From: a bacterium
GTDB lineage: Bacteria > UBA8248
Direction of reading: 5' to 3'
Assembly: GCA_965219955.1 (NCBI GenBank)
Contig: OZ244799.1
Span: 2,912,001-2,976,000, forward strand
Length of the DNA: 64,000 nucleotides
The notes beneath the pieces were generated by a model. The model worked only from the letters and a program-made list of their open reading frames with translations. It did not search any database and was not told the origin of the DNA. How positions within the stretch are numbered: the stretch's first letter is position 1; every line of letters starts with the position of its first letter. Of this stretch, positions 59,176 through 64,000 are shown piece by piece. Made by a program: the position numbers and the translations under genes.

Positions 59176-59510
59176 TACATCGCATCCGGCAATGCGGCCC
59201 GAGGCGGTGGGTTCTCCCTCGTGGGCAGAAGGCGGATATGGTCGCCCGATTCTTCCTCGGCGCGGACGAGTTCGAAGTGCGCCTGTAAGTTGAGCCAGAA
59301 CTCGGGCTCGACGCCGAACCAGTGGCCGAAGCGCAAGGCCGTATCGCCGGTGACCGATCTCTTGCCGTTGATGATCTGGCTCACCCGGTTGGGCGGCACC
59401 TCAATCTGGCGCGCGAATTCGGTGGGCGTCACGCCGAGTTCCGCCAGTTCGTCCTTCAAAATCTCGCCGGGATGAACGGCTCGCTTGAGCACTTGTTTTT
59501 CTCCCCTCAT
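59175..59510 (-). CDS. higA: HigA antitoxin
   Basis: VHPGEILKDEL, NRVSQIINGKRSVTGDTALR, EFWLNLQ. Confidence 0.92.
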   Translation of the reverse strand: MRGEKQVLKRAVHPGEILKDELAELGVTPTEFARQIEVPPNRVSQIINGKRSVTGDTALRFGHWFGVEPEFWLNLQAHFELVRAEEESGDHIRLLPTRENPPPRAALPDAM

Positions 59511-59794
59511 GAATGATAGTCGACAATCTCGACTCTACTCGGCCCCGAGGTTCCATCTGGCCATTCGAAGCATATCCGCCATTGCAAGTTGATTCGGATA
59601 GAGTACTGTCCTTTCCGACTTCCACTGAGCGCCTCCAATCTATTGCTCGGTAAGGCCCTTAACGTCTCAAGGGAAGGTGCCGCGTTTAGAATCGAAAGGC
59701 GTTTCGTAGCTTGCTGCTCAAATCCATGAAAGTCCCTCACGAACCTCCCACTGGCGAATCGCTCTGTTTTCCTGTCCCGATAATCAAGGATCAT
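59507..59794 (-). CDS. higB: HigB (RelE/ParE family) toxin
   Basis: SNRLEALSGSRKGQYSIRINLQWRICFEW..VEIVDYH. Confidence 0.92.
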   Translation of the reverse strand: MILDYRDRKTERFASGRFVRDFHGFEQQATKRLSILNAAPSLETLRALPSNRLEALSGSRKGQYSIRINLQWRICFEWPDGTSGPSRVEIVDYHS

Positions 59795-59802
59795 AGCGCC
59801 TC

Positions 59803-59830
59803 ATTATAGATAATTGACGCTGGACGTCAA
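59803..59830 (-). promoter_or_regulatory. higBA promoter and operator; probably leaderless transcript
   Basis: TTGACG-16 nt-TATAAT ending 8 nt before ATG; palindrome ttgacg-ctgga-cgtcaa overlaps the -35. Confidence 0.65.
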
Positions 59831-59861
59831 GGGTAAATACACTAAAACCTCCAGATGAATC

Positions 59862-60326
59862 CTACTTCTCGCATTCCCCGCGCGCGATCTTGGTGGCGAT
59901 GTGGGCCGGGAATGCGGGGAAAATCTCAATGATTCTCTTTTCCTTTTCGTCACGTACGACGACGGTGTGGGAATACCTTCTCGACAGGAAAAACCCGGTG
60001 AGGCGGAAGCGCCCGAAGGGCTGCCATGTGAGGATGAAGGGGTAGGTGACGGATTTTTCCTTGTTGAAGGGCCGCGTGATGAGGAATTCCCCCTCACCGC
60101 CGATGGGGTAGGCCAGCTTCTTGAACTCGCCCTTTTTGCGCTCCACCAGCCAGACGGCCAGGTCGCGCTTGTCGGCCGGAAGCGTGATACGCACGTTCTG
60201 CTCGACCTTGTAGCCGTTCAGGATGGTGTAGCTCACCCGGCATTTGAACACGCTTTCCACGTTCGTCTCCGCCGCAGCGGAAACACAAGTGGCGAGCACT
60301 GCGATGACACAGACGATGCGCTTCAT
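59862..60326 (-). CDS. Hypothetical exported protein
   Basis: Signal peptide MKRIVCVIAVLATCVSAAA; GC3-biased codons; paired Cys near the ends. Confidence 0.7.
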   Translation of the reverse strand: MKRIVCVIAVLATCVSAAAETNVESVFKCRVSYTILNGYKVEQNVRITLPADKRDLAVWLVERKKGEFKKLAYPIGGEGEFLITRPFNKEKSVTYPFILTWQPFGRFRLTGFFLSRRYSHTVVVRDEKEKRIIEIFPAFPAHIATKIARGECEK

Positions 60327-60516
60327 CCTGAAACCTCGGGATTCAAGAGGTCGTATTCAGCGGCGAACGCCTCATATTATGGACGATTCGAGCGGTTGAT
60401 TTCCAGCGGGGCGCCGGAAGGAGTGAAACTGAAACCCGTACAACGGAATGCGGCAACCCCCAACGAAAACCGCCCCGGAGCCGATGCCCCGGGGCAGTTA
60501 TGTTCTGCAGTGTGGT

Positions 60517-61194
60517 TCAGCCGCTCCTGTTCGGGTCCAGGGCGTCGGGTTCGGGGTATTCATCCGGCCAGTGGTCGACCATCGTCTTGTAGTAGGTCTT
60601 GACCTTCCCGCCGTCCAGGTGGAGGGATTTCTTGATCTTGTCGACCTCCCGCTGTTCTTCGAGCGGGATGCCGAGCGAATCCATATAGCGGTTGAAGAGG
60701 TTGAAGAGTCCGCTCACCATCGTGAGTTCGACGATCTCGGCTTCGGAGAAATGCTTGCGCACCTCCTCGAACACGTCGTCTCTCGATCGCGCGGTGTTGA
60801 GCGTCACGTGCTCCGCCCACAGGATGGCCGCCTTCTCGCGCGGGGTGAACAAATCCGATTCCATGTAGCCGTCGGTGCCGATGACTTCCACCTGCTCGGG
60901 GCTGATGCCGGCCGCTTGACCAAGCGACGTGTTGTGCGCGTATCAGTAGGCGCACCCGTTGAGATGGCTCGTCTTGATGACCACCATCTCCTTGATCTTT
61001 GTCTTGAGCAGGCTGCCCCCGCCCTCGCGCTGGAGCGTCGCCACGAAGGGCAGCATCGCCTTGGCGACGTGGGGGGTCTTGGCCAGCACCCGCATCGAAT
61101 GCGGCACGCGGCCGAGCATGGCGGTAGTCGCCTCATAAAAGCGTGCCACGTCGGCGTCCGCTTCCTCGGGCTGAATCATTTCAATTCTGGACAT
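60517..61194 (-). CDS. AhpD/carboxymuconolactone decarboxylase-like selenoprotein (CxxU)
   Basis: ORFs 60943-61194 and 60517-60891 are in the same frame, joined through a single TGA (60945-60943): KEMVVIKTSHLNG-CAY-U-YAHNTSLG; AGGAG RBS. Confidence 0.88.
60911..60928 (-). promoter_or_regulatory. SECIS-like hairpin of the AhpD-like gene
   Basis: gtcgctt-ggtc-aagcggc stem-loop 14 nt after the UGA, with GU in the loop. Confidence 0.65.
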
Positions 61195-61296
61195 ACTTGA
61201 ACTCTCCTATCGCTTGCAGCCTAAGAAATCATGAGAAAGCCTTCATCATCGGCCATGCTCAGCGGCCCACAGCCGAATCCTCATAAAGCTCTCCTA

Positions 61297-61899
61297 TTAT
61301 GAACCATCCGCCGCCTCGCGGGCCAGCCACGCGCGGAACTCCGCGAGCGCGATCCCCCGGTGGCTGATGCGGTTTTTGACCCCGAGCGGAAGCTCCGAGA
61401 CGGCGCAGCCGTGCTCGGGCAGATACATGAGCGGGTCGTAGCCGAAACCGCCCTCCCCCTGCGGGGCGCGCAGTATCCACCCGTGCAGCGCGCCCTCGAA
61501 AAAACCGAACCAGCCATCGGGCTTCAGATAAGCCAGCACGCAAACATAGCGCGCGCCGCGCGCGGCATCGGGCACTTCGCGCATCCTCTCGAGCAGGAGC
61601 GCGTTGCGCCCCGAATCATCCAGCCCATCACCGCCGAAACGCGCGGAGCGAACGCCAAGCTCGCCGGGCAGCGCATCCACCTCCACGCCGGAATCATCCG
61701 CCAGGGCGGGAAGGCCGCTCGCCTCACAAGCGGCCCGCGCCTTGATGAGCGCGTTTTCCGCATAAGTGGAGCCTGTTTCCTCAACTTCGAATTCAAAGCC
61801 CGCTTCAGCGGGGAGAAGGAGCTCGACGTCCATCCCCTCGAGGGCGGCACGCACTTCGCGCGCCTTGCCGGGATTTCCGCTCGCAAGAACGATCTTCAT
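61297..61899 (-). CDS. rdgB: RdgB/HAM1 non-canonical purine NTP pyrophosphatase
   Basis: ASGNPGK, EETGSTYAENALIKA, ADDSG, GFGYDP, KNRISHRG. Confidence 0.93.
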   Translation of the reverse strand: MKIVLASGNPGKAREVRAALEGMDVELLLPAEAGFEFEVEETGSTYAENALIKARAACEASGLPALADDSGVEVDALPGELGVRSARFGGDGLDDSGRNALLLERMREVPDAARGARYVCVLAYLKPDGWFGFFEGALHGWILRAPQGEGGFGYDPLMYLPEHGCAVSELPLGVKNRISHRGIALAEFRAWLAREAADGS

Positions 61900-61904
61900 T
61901 TCGC

Positions 61905-62633
<729 letters not shown>

Positions 62634-62734
62634 GCTCTCTCCCTATCGAATGCGAACCACTTTTCAGACGCAGAGGATACTACGGGGATTTGATGCGCGA
62701 ATCCAGAGGAAAAGGATGAATCCCGCTAGCGGTC

Positions 62735-64000
62735 TTACGCCGCGGGGGCGGTGTATTTCGTCTCGCGAAGGCCCACGGCGCGCCTCAAGCTGCGGACGAA
62801 GTTCTGGGCCGCGAGATAGATGCACGGCACGAGGAAGAGCGTGAACAGCGTGGACAGCGAAAGCCCGCTCAACACGACCAGCCCCAAAGGCTTGAGCATC
62901 TCCGATCCCTTCCCCCAGCCGCTCGCCAGAGGGGTCAGCGCGATGATGGTGGTGAGCGTGGTCATGAGAATCGGGCGCAGCCTCGTCGACGCCCCCTCGA
63001 TGATGGCCTCTCGTATCTCCATCCCCCGTTCTCTCAGGCGTTCGACGTAGTCGATCATCACGATGGAGTTGTTCACCACGATGCCCACGAGCAGGATGAC
63101 GCCGATGAGCACCGTCGAGCCGAAGGGCGTGCCGGTGAGGTAGAGACCCACGAGCGCACCGGTGAGTGCCGGCGGCACGGCGAAGATGATGACCAGGGGG
63201 TTCACGAGCGAGTCGTACTGAACGGCCAGCACCGTGTAGACCAGGAAAATGGCGAGAAGCGCCAGGATGAAAAGCTCGCGGTTCGATTTCTTCAGGTTCT
63301 CCTCATCCTCGCCGGGCAGGATGAAATACCCCCTCGGCACGTTGACGTCTTTCAGGCGCGCACGCACGTCCGCCCCCACTTCGCCCAGAGAGCGGCCCTG
63401 GATGTCGCCCGTGATCTGGATGAGACGGTTCTGGTCCGTGCGGGGAATCACCGAACTGCCCTGCCCGTAGCGAATCTGCGCCACGTGGTGCAGGCGCGTG
63501 GAGCGTCCGTTCCGGTTCTGGGGAAACAGGGGCAGGTGCGCCAGATCCTGCTCGCTCTTGATCTCGGTGTCCGAGAACTTGACCCGCACCGGCACGCGCG
63601 TATCCACCCGGTTGATGAACGTGGCGATGGAGCCGTCGACAGCCGTGGCCACGGTGTCGCCCACGTCCTCGACGGAGAGGCCAAGCTCCGCCGCGCGCTC
63701 CCTGTTCACCTGTATGCGGAACTCGGGCCGGGGCCTGTCTTCGGTCATCTGTACGTTGTGCAGCCCTTCCACCCCCTGGAGCTTCTCGACGACTTCTTCC
63801 GCGATGCGGTTGAGCGTGGTCAGATCCTCTCCCCGGACGCCCAGGGAGAAACTCTTGTTATGCCGGGTGTTGGAAGTGCGAAGGCCGCGCACCCGGCTCT
63901 TGAAGGCGTAAATCCGAGCGTCCGGATACGTCATCCGCGCGAGCCGGGGCCTCAGTTTCCCCAGATAGTCGAACACGCTCACGCCGTCTTTGAGCGTCAC
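62735..64000 (-). CDS. RND (AcrB/AcrD/AcrF) efflux transporter, C-terminal part
   Basis: LAVQYDS, GIVVNNSIVMID, RLRPILMTT, LFTLFLVP; 5' part outside the window. Confidence 0.9.
   Translation of the reverse strand: MTLKDGVSVFDYLGKLRPRLARMTYPDARIYAFKSRVRGLRTSNTRHNKSFSLGVRGEDLTTLNRIAEEVVEKLQGVEGLHNVQMTEDRPRPEFRIQVNRERAAELGLSVEDVGDTVATAVDGSIATFINRVDTRVPVRVKFSDTEIKSEQDLAHLPLFPQNRNGRSTRLHHVAQIRYGQGSSVIPRTDQNRLIQITGDIQGRSLGEVGADVRARLKDVNVPRGYFILPGEDEENLKKSNRELFILALLAIFLVYTVLAVQYDSLVNPLVIIFAVPPALTGALVGLYLTGTPFGSTVLIGVILLVGIVVNNSIVMIDYVERLRERGMEIREAIIEGASTRLRPILMTTLTTIIALTPLASGWGKGSEMLKPLGLVVLSGLSLSTLFTLFLVPCIYLAAQNFVRSLRRAVGLRETKYTAPAA

Overview
GC-rich bacterial chromosomal window with no rRNA, CRISPR array, integrase or transposase. 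It carries housekeeping genes (greA, maf, ispB, thiI, msrA, selD, comM/yifB, rdgB, rph and four tRNAs) and many catabolic/redox genes: an FeS-fused molybdoenzyme running off the left edge, oxoprolinase/hydantoinase A and B, LLM oxidoreductases, acyl-CoA dehydrogenases, MaoC proteins, a CoA-transferase, GGT and a DehI-like protein. Transporters include EmrAB-like, Liv-type ABC, an ArsP-type permease and a partial RND pump; there are two toxin-antitoxin pairs. Two genes that the ORF track truncates or splits are selenoproteins with an in-frame UGA plus a SECIS-like hairpin: SelD and an AhpD/CMD-like CxxU protein. Intergenic DNA from 2.7 to 27.2 kb is filled with mosaics of several REP/MITE-like palindrome families. 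The most striking pattern is that accessory genes repeatedly sit between diverged direct repeats. In three cases (cupin->Rieske gene, comM->LLM gene, hypothetical gene->higBA) the repeat is a second copy of the 3' end of the upstream gene. In two more (a surface lipoprotein with a low-GC variable cassette, and an HRESM-repeat protein) the repeat is a REP mosaic. Products are called from recognisable motifs only. No database searches were run, and identities are hand counts.
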